From Candidatus Omnitrophota bacterium (lineage in GTDB: Bacteria; Omnitrophota; Gorgyraeia; Gygaellales; Profunditerraquicolaceae), in contig JAQURX010000002.1 of NCBI GenBank assembly GCA_028715415.1, positions 4,703 to 68,702 on the forward strand: a DNA stretch of 64,000 bases, written 5' to 3'. Under the pieces are notes generated by a model, which saw nothing but the letters and a program-made list of their open reading frames with translations, did no database searches and had not been told where the DNA came from. The position numbers and the translations under genes are program-made. Shown in pieces: positions 17,080-30,000 of this stretch. Each line of letters starts with the position of its first letter. Position 1 is the stretch's first letter.

Positions 17080-18078
17080 ATGAAAAACTTACTATCAAAC
17101 AGATTAATAAAAATAATCATAATTTTAATTATGGTTATTTTTTCTTTTAACCAGGTCGCCTTTGCAGCTCGTCATGCAGCTGGCGGAGGCGATATGGCGA
17201 AATTTAATGCCGGCAAATTCGCAGTAGGAACCGGTATTGGTTTAGCTTCTTTTACTGTTGGTAGTGCTTTAGCTGGCGGGATTTCATCTGGTATGCAAGG
17301 TGGCAGTTTTTCCGCAGGTATTGCTGCAACAAAACCATTAGCCTTTTCCACATGGGCAACAAATTATAGTGTAATGACTACAACCGGCCAATTAGGCAGG
17401 GCTGTTGGTAATATGGGCAATTATTATGGGTGGAATCCAAAAGCCACCTTAGCAATCAGCTCTGCTTTGCAGGGCGTTGTTGGCGGAGGGATGAATCCTG
17501 CAGCTTACGGAACCTCAAGCGTTTTAAATGGCATGGCATTAGGTGGGATCAATGGTAGTGTGCAGGGCGCTGTTTTGGCAGCAACAGCAAATAAAAGAGG
17601 TGTTGTACAGCCTTGGGCTGGAGCTGTAGCAGGAATAGCAGGTGGTTTTGCCAGTGGATTTGTTTCCGGAGCGCTTACGCCTACCAATGGAAACTTTTCT
17701 TTCGGAAATAAATTTAATGCGGGGGCTGGATTTAAAGCCGCGGCTACTTCTACAATTCAAAGCCTTCCTTCTCAAGCAATTAGCGTGGGTGTTGGTTACA
17801 TTGCTCAGAATTCAAAAAATCCACAAGATAGATATATGATTCAACAGGCATTTAGCGGTGTTTATCCTATGGTAAATGCGGTAACTAATCCAGTTTCTGT
17901 AACAAACGTGAGGCAGCTTGGCCCCGGCTTTATTAACGTAAGGGCAACACCAAGCGCATACAATTATTCTCAATTCCAGCATGCTAATCCTGTTGGTTCA
18001 GGGTTGCCATCGAATCAGACTCTTAATTATAATTCAAATTCAGGGATTAATAATTTCCCAACAGCTGGTAGTAGATAA
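17080..18078 (+). CDS. Secreted Gly/Ala-rich protein of unknown function
   Basis: 332 aa, signal peptide IKIIIILIMVIFSFNQVAFA, then Gly/Ala/Ser-rich low complexity. Its stop TAA overlaps the ATG of the giant ORF (TAATG). Confidence 0.65.
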   Translation: MKNLLSNRLIKIIIILIMVIFSFNQVAFAARHAAGGGDMAKFNAGKFAVGTGIGLASFTVGSALAGGISSGMQGGSFSAGIAATKPLAFSTWATNYSVMTTTGQLGRAVGNMGNYYGWNPKATLAISSALQGVVGGGMNPAAYGTSSVLNGMALGGINGSVQGAVLAATANKRGVVQPWAGAVAGIAGGFASGFVSGALTPTNGNFSFGNKFNAGAGFKAAATSTIQSLPSQAISVGVGYIAQNSKNPQDRYMIQQAFSGVYPMVNAVTNPVSVTNVRQLGPGFINVRATPSAYNYSQFQHANPVGSGLPSNQTLNYNSNSGINNFPTAGSR

Positions 18079-21000
18079 TGCATAATTTTGCGCAACTAAA
18101 AACAAACATGAGCGAAGACAGAAACACGACAGAAAATAATCTTCAGGCGGAAGCGGTAAAGGAAGAATTCAAATCCAGTTTTAAAGCTTGGATTAGAATT
18201 GTTGCTTTTATCGTCGTGGCTGTGTTTTTGCCTGAGCAGGCTGCCCAAGCTGCAGGGTATGACTGGAGAGTTATTTGGAATAAGCCGGGTTTATCTATGC
18301 CTGCTGTTTTAAATTCAAATGTCGGCCAAGTTAATCAAATTGATATCCCGTTAACCATAAAGAATATTTTAAAAGAAGTTTCCGGTAAACCTTACACTGC
18401 GATAAAGCTCTCTGATAAATTGACCGTTAATTTAGATAAGCCAATTAACCTTTCCCAAGAGAGAATTGAAGAAATTTACAGCTGGCTTAAAGGCAAGCCA
18501 TGCGGATCAAAAGCACTATTAGATTATTTAAAACTTAAAGGTGTGCAGGTCAGCGAGCAGGATATTGCTGTTATGGCTTTGACAGTGGATATTATGAATG
18601 ACGTGGTCAAGCCGGAAGGCAACCCCGCAATTATTTTGAACTCATTATATGCTTTATCTAAAACCGCGGAATTTTATGGACAAAAACTTTACTCTGTTAA
18701 ATTAGCAACTTCAGATTACGGATCATGGAATAAAATAGCGCCTTTTATCGCCCATCTAAACGGCAACCACTTTGTTTTAATAAATAAAATTTCTGGCAAC
18801 AAAATTTACCTTTCCGATAATCACGCAGAAAAAGTTTTATCCACAGATGAATTCAAAAAACAATTTACCGGCTATGCTTTAATCCCTGAAACTAGCAACC
18901 TGAAACCTGAAACTGTTGAATTGTCTGATGCAGAAGCAATGAAGATAATGGGGGCTGCTGCTGCCAATGATAATGTTTGGGGCGGCCAGCTTAACTTGAG
19001 CTTAGATAGCGGTTCTTCGCCTTCGCGTTCTCCTGCACCGACAACTCAGCCTAGTTATACGCCTCAAGCGCCTGCTCAGCTCGGTCTTGGTTATAGCCCT
19101 TCAACACCGTCTTATACACCTACTTATACGCCAAGCTATACTCCAAGCTATACTCCGACGACTCAACCGTCTTATACTCCTGCTGTGCAGACACCAATGC
19201 CTCAAATTACCAATAATTTCTGGACTAATGTGAATAATTTTGCGAATTATACTCCTACGCCAGTTTATACACCACAAGTTAATACTTATACACCTCCGAC
19301 AAATTACGTAACACCTTATACACCGACAACTCAACCAGTGGTTTATACACCCAGCGTTACCCCATCATACAACCTTAATCTTTTTTCTCCAGTTTCCAAT
19401 TATATTCAAAATACTCAACCTGCTTATAACATAACTGTTCCTTTCGCAGCTCCGGCTTATACGCCTCCAGCAAATAATTATGTTACAACTACTCAGCCTG
19501 CTTATACTCCTGTATCTTTTAAACTAGATTTTAATTCTCCGATAGCAGCTCCGTCTTATACATCGCTTACTAATTATGTTGCACCCGTAGCTAAATTTAC
19601 TCCGACAACGCAACCCGCAGCGGTTAGCATGCCTCAGGCAGGCCCGACATTCTGGGATAGCGTGAATAGTTTCTCTAAATATACTCCTCCTGCTGTTCAG
19701 TCTTATTCAGCTCCTCAAATGCCTGTTGCTCAGCTTACTATAGACCCAGTTGCAAATTCTAAACAATGGTCAAATCAGCCTTATGGAAATAATGTAAGTA
19801 TTATGGGGACAAATGCTGCTGGAATGACTACGATTAGCGGAGCAAAGAATTATTCTTCGCATAACAACACAGTAGCTGTTAATTATCCACAGGGAGCTGT
19901 TTTATTTAATGATAGCAAAAGAGGTTTAGGGGATAGGATAGCTATTGGAGTAGGTAGGGTTGCGGCGAGCTATTTAAATATTCCAAAAAACAGTCCAGTT
20001 AGAGATGTTGCGCTTCAGGTTTGGGATAAAGAAACAACTTCTGTCCGGTATTCTTTGGATACAAATCGGGTAACAGGTGGGTTAACAAGCGGCTCTAAAT
20101 TATTTACAGATTTTTCTTTAGCACCGAAAAGCTCAGTTGTCGCAAATACTGTTTCTCCAGTAAATCGTAATGAACACGCCCTGGTTTTAGGAATAAATAC
20201 TCCTAAATCACCTACGGCATTTCAGATTACGCATGTTGACAGGACTCCTGTCAGCCAGCATATGGGGTATTTTCCGCAGGTAAATACTCTACAAGGAAAG
20301 ATTGCTTTTGATCCCTTGGTTTTGGATACAGGAAGATATAATCCTGTAACTCAATCTATCGCTGGCAAGGGCTGGCATACGGATTTGGCAATTAAAAATG
20401 CCCCTAGTAGTAATTTGCAGGTAGTAGTTGGAAAAACTTTTATAGACAAATTACCCGCTTCTTTACCCGGCATCCAGTCGACAATGACTATCCCAAGCGT
20501 TTCTCGTATGGATATTCCTATGGGTTCAGCAGGGTATAACGCAACGCTTAAAGTCGCGGACAACTATAATTTTTCATCCGGCAGTAAGAAATTTAACGGG
20601 GATTTATATGTAGGAATTCCAGATGCCAAAATAGATTCATTTCAGCAATTGGCTTGGGGTACTAAAGCCCCCGGTAAAATCTGGGTGGATATCAATAAAA
20701 TTCCAAATTTAACCAATAATCCATTTAGTAATTCTCCTGCATTTGGCCCGACAGTTACAAGTAAAATGATCGGAGTAGACCTTTCTCAATTTGCGAAGAA
20801 TCAAAATGCCGCGCAAGGCGGAAAGCCCCAGAAATTACAAGGCGGATGGGAATTAGAAGGAAAGTTAAGTTTTGTTAAGATCGCAAATTATAATTCTAAC
20901 TCTCCAAAGATTAAATCACAGACAGATTGGACATTTAATACTAACGGGTTAGGCGCTCGTTATACCAATATAGGTAAAAATTTGGATTCAACGCCTTTGG

Positions 21001-24000
21001 CTCCAAGTTTGGGGATTATGAAGGGAGATACATTGGCTCACTTGCCTTTTGCAAGTACTCATAATCCATCTAGCTCGGGCTTATTCCTGTCAACTTCCCG
21101 TCCAGATGTTCAATTTAGAGATTGGAAGACAAATCATGATTCTACTTGGAACAAACAAACGGTGGTTAATCAGTATAATGCGGGAGTTGAAAGAATAAAT
21201 GCAAGGTTAATTCCCGGTGAAAGAATACAGCCTATAAGCGCAAATAAATACCAGTATTTCCCTCTTTTAAAACCGCAAGTAATAGGTTCTGATATTGTTT
21301 CTGTAAATCATTTTGTCAAACTTCCAATTTCACAAAAGGCTTCTTCTGCTGATGCTGCCAGAATATTTGGCGAAGATTTCTTAAGTACCTACAAAGTAGA
21401 AAAGATAGGGCGTGGTTTACAGTTGACAGGCAAAAATGAATTTAGCGGGCTTTGGCAGATAAATACATTAGGAGTAGATGGTAAGTTAGTAACACGGACA
21501 ATTACTGAAGGTTATGTTTGGACAAATAAAGTCGGGAAAATAGGCGATGTGGATTTAAGCCAAAAAAATAACGTAATAAGCGACGCTCGTTTTAATTTTG
21601 ATCATTTTAAAGGCGATGCAAATGTAATTCCTTTTAAAACAGGATACGGAGTTAACTTAGCTGGCGCTAGAATTGAAAGCGGCATGATTAAAGGGCCCGG
21701 GCTTGCCACTGGGGCATTACCGCAGCGAGTAATAAATAAAGTAGATGGCCTTCTTAAGGCTACCGATATCCACCAGGTATTTCCAAATAATAAGCAAATT
21801 AATCTTACTACAAAAATTAATAGCGATGGAAGCCTCGTAGAAAATTATTTTATAAAAGATAAGAGTTACAGTGCAAGTGTTTTAAGCGGTAAATTCGAAC
21901 AAGATATTACTAATGTGCCGCTAAAAGTAAAATATGATTTGAATAAATTTTCTGCACAGCTTATGCCTAATGGCTCAGTAAAATTAATTACTCCCAACAA
22001 TGCCATTACTTATAGCTATTCTCATCTATTGTCTAATCAGGGTGGTAGTGGTGTAGGCATTAAAAATTTAGGAAAGGGTGTGGAATTAGACTGGATTTCT
22101 CCTGTTTCCAGAGGAGCGGATGTAAATGTTCATTTAGGCAAAGCAGGCATTTTAATCAATCCTCAGGCTAATACGCTGGATTTCTCTCCAACTTATTCCG
22201 AAGGTGCGGTATGGAAGAAGACCGCGGAATTTAATATCGTTAGCAAAGACCAAGCAGTATATGCAGATAAATTAACTGGCATACATTTTTCTTCTGATAC
22301 ATGGTTAGGGCATTTAAAAGGCCAGTCTGGAAGAATAGAAATTGGCGAGCCAGGCAAATTCTCCGGAGATGCAGCTTTTATCAAAGCATTTGCTAATAAT
22401 ACTCCTTATCAATTAACTTCTCAGGATAAAGCAAAATCATTAAATGTTAGCTTAACTCAATTTGATTTGGTAAATAGATTTGATGTAAAAGGCCAAGTTG
22501 CTCCGGATTGGCACTTGTCTTATATGAAAGGCAACGGCATTGTTAATGGCAACAAAATTGATATATTTGATTTAGGGGTAACTAAATTTAGTAATGGCAA
22601 TGAAATGCCCACCTTAGGCGTTAAAGCTGTTAAATCAGGCAATTTATCTATTCCGGAATTTTTCAACAAAGCCGGCGGAGGTTCTTCTGCAGAAATAACA
22701 TACAGTAGCTTTAGCCCGAAATTAAATCTCTTAAAGGTTCAGAATACGACAGAATTAATTGCTAAACAAAATGGCCAGGATATTTATCGCAGAACAAATA
22801 TTGCAAGCGGAACAACGGGCATTTTACTTAACCCAGCAGAAATCAACAAACAGCAGACTTATTTTGACGGCCAGGGAAATTTTGTAGTTGGCTCTGCTGA
22901 TATCAGCTCTTTGTCTTTAAGCAATCGTGCTGAGTGGCAAAATGTTGGGAAAGCTTCTTTAATAAATGGAAAGATTTATGCGAATGACGAAAAGCTCGTT
23001 GCTTTTTCTACTAATTTAAATGGAGATAAAGTAATCCGTGCATCTTTAGGAATTAAAGCCGGAAAAGAATCAGGAGATGTATTAAAAATAGGTAAAAATG
23101 ATTTTCAATTAACTAGTTATCTTCTATCTTCTCCTGAAAAAATTAAACAATACCCGGGAATGAATTTATCTCCTTTGCAAAGAAGCACATTAGGCATGCA
23201 AGAGATAGTTCCTCAATTGTTTTCCGGTGTTGATTCTTATGATCCTCTTGCTGGTTTTTACTCTTCATTAATGCCAAGCTCAAAGAATTTGTCTGAAATT
23301 AATCAAATCATGGGCAGCAATCTTTTACAGAATATTTACAAAGATTGGCCTTCAATTGCAAACACCGGCATAGAATATACTATTTCATCTTGGGCTACTT
23401 ATCAGGAAAGAGATGCCTTGGGGAACATGGTTTTTCCTAACAAGGATGTTATCTTTGGAAAAGGCATTCAGGATAATCATTCTATCAATTGGAAAATTGG
23501 CCAGGTTGATATAAATGGGGAGATAGGTCCTCTTGCTGAAGGAACAAAAACTCTTCTCGGGAATGATTTAATAACCAAGGGGTCCTCTCCTTTGGTTATG
23601 CAAAAGGCAGCTACAGAAATAAATATGAAAGATGGTAAGCCGGTAAATGAAGCTATCGGGCTTTTAGGCTGGCAAGGATTGCCTGTGATTTCTCAGGGGC
23701 TTGTTAATGCAACGGTTAACGCCGGAGGAAATTTATCAACAGATGCTAATCAAAATGGAACAATTCTTAATTCCGAGCATACCTACAATATTAGTGACCG
23801 CATAGGTGGTGTTTTATTAAATGATAATGCTACTCTTACGAATTTAGGTATTGATAATAATGGTAAGGTTAATTTTAACCCTGTAACCCAAGCGGGAAGA
23901 TTAGGGTATTCAAACGTAAAAACATCAGAAATTGTTAATAACAAAGATCTTTCCAGAGTGGCTGATATCAAATGGAAAGATGGTTCGCTTGCAATGCCAT

Positions 24001-27000
24001 GGAATTTAAGTGTTAATGTAAATAATGAAGGAAAACCGACGCATTTTGAAGTTGGATATTTAGGCGGGGCTAATAGCAAATCCGTTAAATTCGACGAGAA
24101 AGGTAATTTAATGAATGGGGCTGGGCAAATTACTTCTACCCAGTATTTATTATCATTAAGGCCTGGTCTGGAATATGGGCCTGATGCCAAGATGCTCACG
24201 CCTGTTTTGTATAGATACAGCGAATTGAAAGATGGTTCTTGGCAGATTCCAAAAGGGAGCACATATTTTGGAGAGAATTTAAAATCGATGATTGGCAAGG
24301 TTATTTCTATTCCAGAAGGCAGTGCAGCACGGAGAATTTTTACTGCGCAAGGCGAAGAATTCAAATCAGGTTATTGGGCTGCTGATCAGAATGGGAAGGT
24401 GTGGGCTTTGAGCCCAACCGCAATGCGTTATGGTATTTTGAATGTTGATGGGTCTTTGCAATATTTAAATAGCGAAGGCCAATCTTTTAAGGAAAGCGAT
24501 ATTCCTGAGGAGATAAGGCCGAATTTAACCTTAGCAAAAGAAATAGCTTTACAGAAAAAGAGCATTGCTGAAAATTCGGAATTTGTGCATAACCAGCTTA
24601 ATGATTTGCATAATGGATTCGCTTATAAATATTTTAGAGCCGGAGAAGGCACAGAAAAAGCATTGAATAATGAGCTTGCAGCAATTCACGATAAGAAGCT
24701 TCTTATCAAAGAAGCTGAAGCGTTCTTGAATGTTGATAATATTGATGGCGCGAAAAATACATTTGATATGTTGGTTGGCGGAGATGCTTTAGCAAAAGTT
24801 GTTGTAGAGGCTCTTCCTTATGCCAAGCACGACGAAAGATTAGTTTTAGATGCATATATGCGTAATGCTGGTGTTAAAGATGATAAAGATGTTGCAGGTA
24901 TTGCAAGAATGGTAAGAGAGGATCCTAAAGCGCGCATGTTTGCTCATAAACTCCCGCAATGGATCAGAGAAAGTAATGATGAATTAAGAGATTGGAAACA
25001 GGGAAATGATATTGTGCGCGATAATCCGGACAGCCCTTGGACAGTATGGGCAGAATCTTTTTATCGCGAAGCTGCAAGTAAAATTTTACCCGTAGATTAT
25101 GTTTTAAATAATCCGGATGCTTCAATGCCTCGCCAAGGTTGGGAAACTTTCAAGAACGTCGGCTCAACTGAATTAGAAGGTTTGGGTATGATGTCTAAGG
25201 GGGGTTGGCAAGGAGTAAGGTCAGTAGTTACAGAACTAGGTGTTTTAGGAGATTCTTTAGTAAGATGGGATTCTTCAGAATTAAAAGAGGGTTCTTTGCT
25301 AGCTTGGGAAACTTTAAAGGGAGGTTATAACCCTTACGACGATGCTTACAACAAAGGCGGCGCATGGAAATCCTTATATTATATGGGGAATGGTTCAGAA
25401 ATTACTCTTGAGATTTTATTAGGCAGAGGCGTTTTGCGTGGGCTAAAACTTGGAGAATACGGAGCTGCCGGAGAAAAGTTAGGACAAGTTTTATCATTCG
25501 GCGGAAAAGTTTCACCTTATGCGACAGCTTCTTTATTGACTGGTGCTGCTGCCGCTGGCGGAACTGCAGTTTATAATGCAGCAGAAGGCAAACCAGTAAC
25601 AGAGGATTTAGCTAAAAATTCACTTCAGGGTTTGCTCGCACCATATCTTATTCATCCTACTACCAAAAGCATTGCTGCTAAAGTAGCGGCTTATGGCCCA
25701 TCTATATTGGGTTTGATGGCTACTCTTGGCGGCACTCTCGATCTAGCTCTTTCTTCCGATAAGAAGTTGGAACGCTATTATAGCGTTGGTGAAAACAAAA
25801 CTTCCGTAAAAGATTCTTCTACAACCTTCTCGTTTGAAAGGTATTTTATTTTTTCTTTTGCAGGAGAACTTTCTGCAGCAGCCGGATCGGTTGTAAGAAA
25901 TTTTGCCCTTTCTTTGGCCGGCAAACTTTCTGCAACAACTGGATATATATCTGGAGATAAAGCAGGCGCGGAAGCAATGGATACGATTACAAAAGGTTTT
26001 GAGGCTTCATATCAAAAGACTTTAGGAAACTTTGTAGAAGTAACCAGAAAATTATTTGGAGATATCCCAGCTATCATTCCAGAGGTGTTACGTACGTTGC
26101 CCGGATTCGCGGGTTTCCCACATACTGTGCTACGTGATATGGCTTATTTTGGCAGAGAAAACGCCGATTTAGCTAATCAGTTTGGCGGAGATCAGATGGG
26201 TGGTTGGATTGCAGGAATTTTCCGCGGCTCAGCAAAAGGTGCTTGGGGTATGTTTAGTTATGTTACTTCTATAGCTGATGCTTCATTGCATGTATTTGAA
26301 GGCGGCGGGGACACTGGAAAGTTCTATCAGGGATTTATTGGCGATAAAATAAAATCAGTTTTAGGGCAAGAGGTTTCTATTTTTGTAGATCCTGAAGGAA
26401 CTGCTAATATTGTAGCTCAACGAGCCTATGAAGGATTTTCATATGTTATTGCTAATTTATTGCTTATGCCTGGAGCGCAACATATAGGTAAAGGCGAGAA
26501 TATTATGGCAGCTGAGAAAACTGCACCTAAGAGCACAGCGGGACAGGTTGCAGTGAGCATTCTTGATGGCTATAACGCAGCAACACGCGCTATACTTCTT
26601 CCTACGGATATGTTAATAGGGATTGGTAAAGCTCCATTAATAGTTGGCAAAGAGACTATTAAAGGAGAGATCTTAGGCAAAGATACCGATACTTCAATAT
26701 ATTCTGGTTTGGTTAAAGCAGGCAAAGAAATAGAAAATAAAATTCCCGGGTTAAGACAGGTTAATACTGAGGCTCCAAAGAAGGCCAATGAATCCCGACC
26801 TACTTTTAAAGACGGCGAAGTTGGCGGCAGACAAGGATCGAAAGTAAGTGCTGCAGAATTAAATTCCGCTGCAAAGGATGCAAGATATGTAGGAACATAT
26901 AATGACGTAGAGGTTTGGTTAAAACCAGGTAATGAAGTAGTCCCTGGACAAGCCGGTGCCGGCGGATTAACTATTGATGGCAAACAAGTAGTCCTTATCG

Positions 27001-30000
27001 CAGAAAATACTTGGAGAAATGCAGAAGGCGGTAACGCAGATGCAAAGTGGACTGTGCATCATGAGTTAATAGAAGCAGCTGGCCGCGGTTCATTCGCAGA
27101 GGGGCCTTTGGCTCCATCTAAAGAAAAAGTTTCTGATGCGGTGCATTGGGAAGGTGAATTAGGTAAAGCGTATGAAGATAATGTAAAGAAAAATTGGCAG
27201 ATGCCGAGATTTGAAGAAGCAACTCCAATCTATTCTAGGGTTGCTACTCCAATGCAAAGAGCAATGGCTTTATTTAATAATATAGCAGGTAGAGCTCCGA
27301 CGCAGAAAGAAATGGTTACAATCATTAAGAACTCACCAATAAAAACAGACTTTATTGATGCAGCAAGGAATGTAGCTAAGGAAACTAAAGTTAAAATAGG
27401 TGACGAATTCTCTTTTGATAATGCTTGGGCAGGGAAATTGTTTAGGGTGAAAGCAAAAGCTACTGAAGGAGAAGGCTGGATCACAGAATATTATTCTGAA
27501 GGGGATAATGCATGGAAACATTTTGCGTTTAAGAAGTTTAGCAGCAGAGAAGTGGTGTTAGGGCAAGAAAAGTTAGCCGCTCAAAAGTCATTAACTGAAG
27601 TGCAACAGGCAAATTTAGATTTTGAAAGATTAACAGGGCACAATCCATCATACAACGAAACAAAGGCAATTGTCACAGAAGTGGTAAACAGGGGAGGAAG
27701 GACAACTTATAGAGATGTTGCTATGGAAAGAGCGGAAATCATAAAAGCCAATCAACGTCTACAGCCCACAGGCACCTTACCTATTATTAATGAAGGCCCT
27801 CTGCAGTTTGCCGAAGGAAGGTTTGGGTTTAATGAGGGAGATGCTAAAGTTGGTAAGGTAGAGGAAAAAGACTTAGCTACACGTGTTGCCGAAGCAACTG
27901 GTGGTAAAAAGATTGAGGAGTTAAATCTTAGAGAAAGAGTGTTTCTTGCTTGGAGCGATGTGCGTTCTTCTCTTCCAAAGGATCAAGCGCAGGCAGATTT
28001 ATTCTGGAGAATAGATTCTACTAATCAAGAGGTAGTATCAAGATTACAAAATAGAACTCCAGGAAAAGATGTCATTCCTCCTACATTTGAAATCCAAGGT
28101 GGTATGTCTTCAGGTAAAGATTCAGGTGCATTGGTATACGACAGTTTACGTCTAAGTGAATTAGGTGATCCAGCAATAGGTAGAGAGGTAGTACCATTAA
28201 GAACTCATTCACAAGCCCAAGAAACAGCAGCTGAGGTTAGAAGAATAATTACTCATCCTTTAATTGGGCTTAAAGAAGGAGACGTTGCAGTTGTTTCTGC
28301 GCACGATCCTAAATCAATAAAGGCTGCAGAAAAAGCACAATTTGTATTCTCTGCAAATGAGGATTTACAGCTTCTTTCTGCAACTCCAGAAGGAAGGAAA
28401 TCAATTGAATCTTTTATGGGGTCTAAAGATGCCCGTCGTCATTATTGGAATCCAGAGGCTGAAGATACTCCAGGCCTTATGGTAGGGACTAAGGCAGCTA
28501 GGAATCTCTCCGCTAAAGAAGGGAATGTCGGGGGCGAGACTCAAAATGTGCTAACCGAGAGACTGGGTTCAGAAACTGCAACAAGAAATGGTGAGAAAAT
28601 TATTTCAAAAGATACTGATCATATAGTGAGTTTAAATGAACCATTAATAGAATCTATTATGCCCGTTTTGAAAGCGGATAGCTTAGAGGAGGCAGTAAAA
28701 ACTGAAGATGGGGCTTTAAGAATGTCGGCAATGGCAGCGAATGCTAAAGCACGCCACGATAAACTTGGTGTTGATGTTGATAGGTTAGAAAATGGGCAGA
28801 CATCTCCGTTGGATGGTCTTTCTGGTGTTAGGCATAGGGTAAGGCCGCATGATCCAATGGATGCAGTTGCTCAAGCCCATATTACAAGAGCAAAAATGGG
28901 AGAGATAACAGGAGAGACTCCTGATTTGCCTGCTAATATTGAATCCCAAGCAGAAACTACCAAGGTTTTAGATGAACAAATGATAAGGATATTAAGGCCA
29001 AGCTCTGTTCGTTTTGCAACAGGCTCTCTTACTTCTGAGGCAGCAAAAAGAAATCAGGTGGTCTATGGTGCAGAATTGCCGCCAGGTGATAGTGTTGCTC
29101 CTTTAGATTTAGCCAGCCTTAAGGTAACCCAAGGGGAACATGATACCGGAGTTAAAAATTTTGAAACTATAATGCAAAAACTGGCTCAAGAAAAAGTCAG
29201 CGGGATTATAACTATTGCAGCTAGAGGAGAAGATTTGCCTGCTTTTGTAACACGAGCAACTGAATTAGCTAAGAATACACAGCAAAGAGTTATATTAGTT
29301 GATGCTGCCGGTGAAAGCAGTTTTGTCACAGGATCTAAAGAACGCATTGCAAGTGATAAAGATGTTAATACTCAGTTAGTTACTTCAGATAACATTGTAG
29401 TTATAGTAGCTCATGGATCTGCAAAGAGTAAGAGTTATTATTTTGGCCAGGATTCTGAAGGAAAACCTCTTGGTAGAGGTTTTGTTTTGGCTGATGGAAA
29501 AGCTTATGCAGAAATTGTCGCACAAGGCACCAAACGTCCAAGGACAGCAGCTACTCTTAATGAAAATGGCGAATTAGTGAAAGATTGGGGAAAACAGCAA
29601 GAGGTATCTGATACTGTTGAAGTTGTAGCTTATGGCCCTACGCGTGAAGGTGCTTCCACCCATCAGGAGAGTTGGTTGAGGAACCAGAGAGACGGAGAAT
29701 TAAGAGCTAATCATCGTAAAGTTATAGATAATTCAATTAGAATGCCGCATGATTCTTTGGAATATTTAGCTCAACTAGCTCCGGAAGCAAGTAAAGAAAT
29801 AGCTACAAGATTAGAGAGAAGAAGACAAGAAGATACGATTTACAAGAATACTGAATTACGAGGCGATGCTGAAAGTGGAGAAACTTCAGCTCTTAGGACA
29901 AGAGATAGGTCAAATATCTGGCTTAGGGAGCAGATGAAGAGTTTGGAATCTTTTGTTAGGGCGGATAATACACAAGCAAGGGATTTTATGAAAGAAATAC

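Noticed and set aside
16914-17120. 68-aa minus-strand ORF
   Set aside because: It overlaps the promoter, riboswitch, terminator and start of the 17080 gene. Its poly-Phe/Ile translation is characteristic of antisense AT-rich leader sequence.
27040-27080. HHELIE sequence in the giant protein
   Set aside because: It superficially resembles a zinc-binding HExxH but the second His is replaced (HELIE). It is not counted as a metalloprotease motif.
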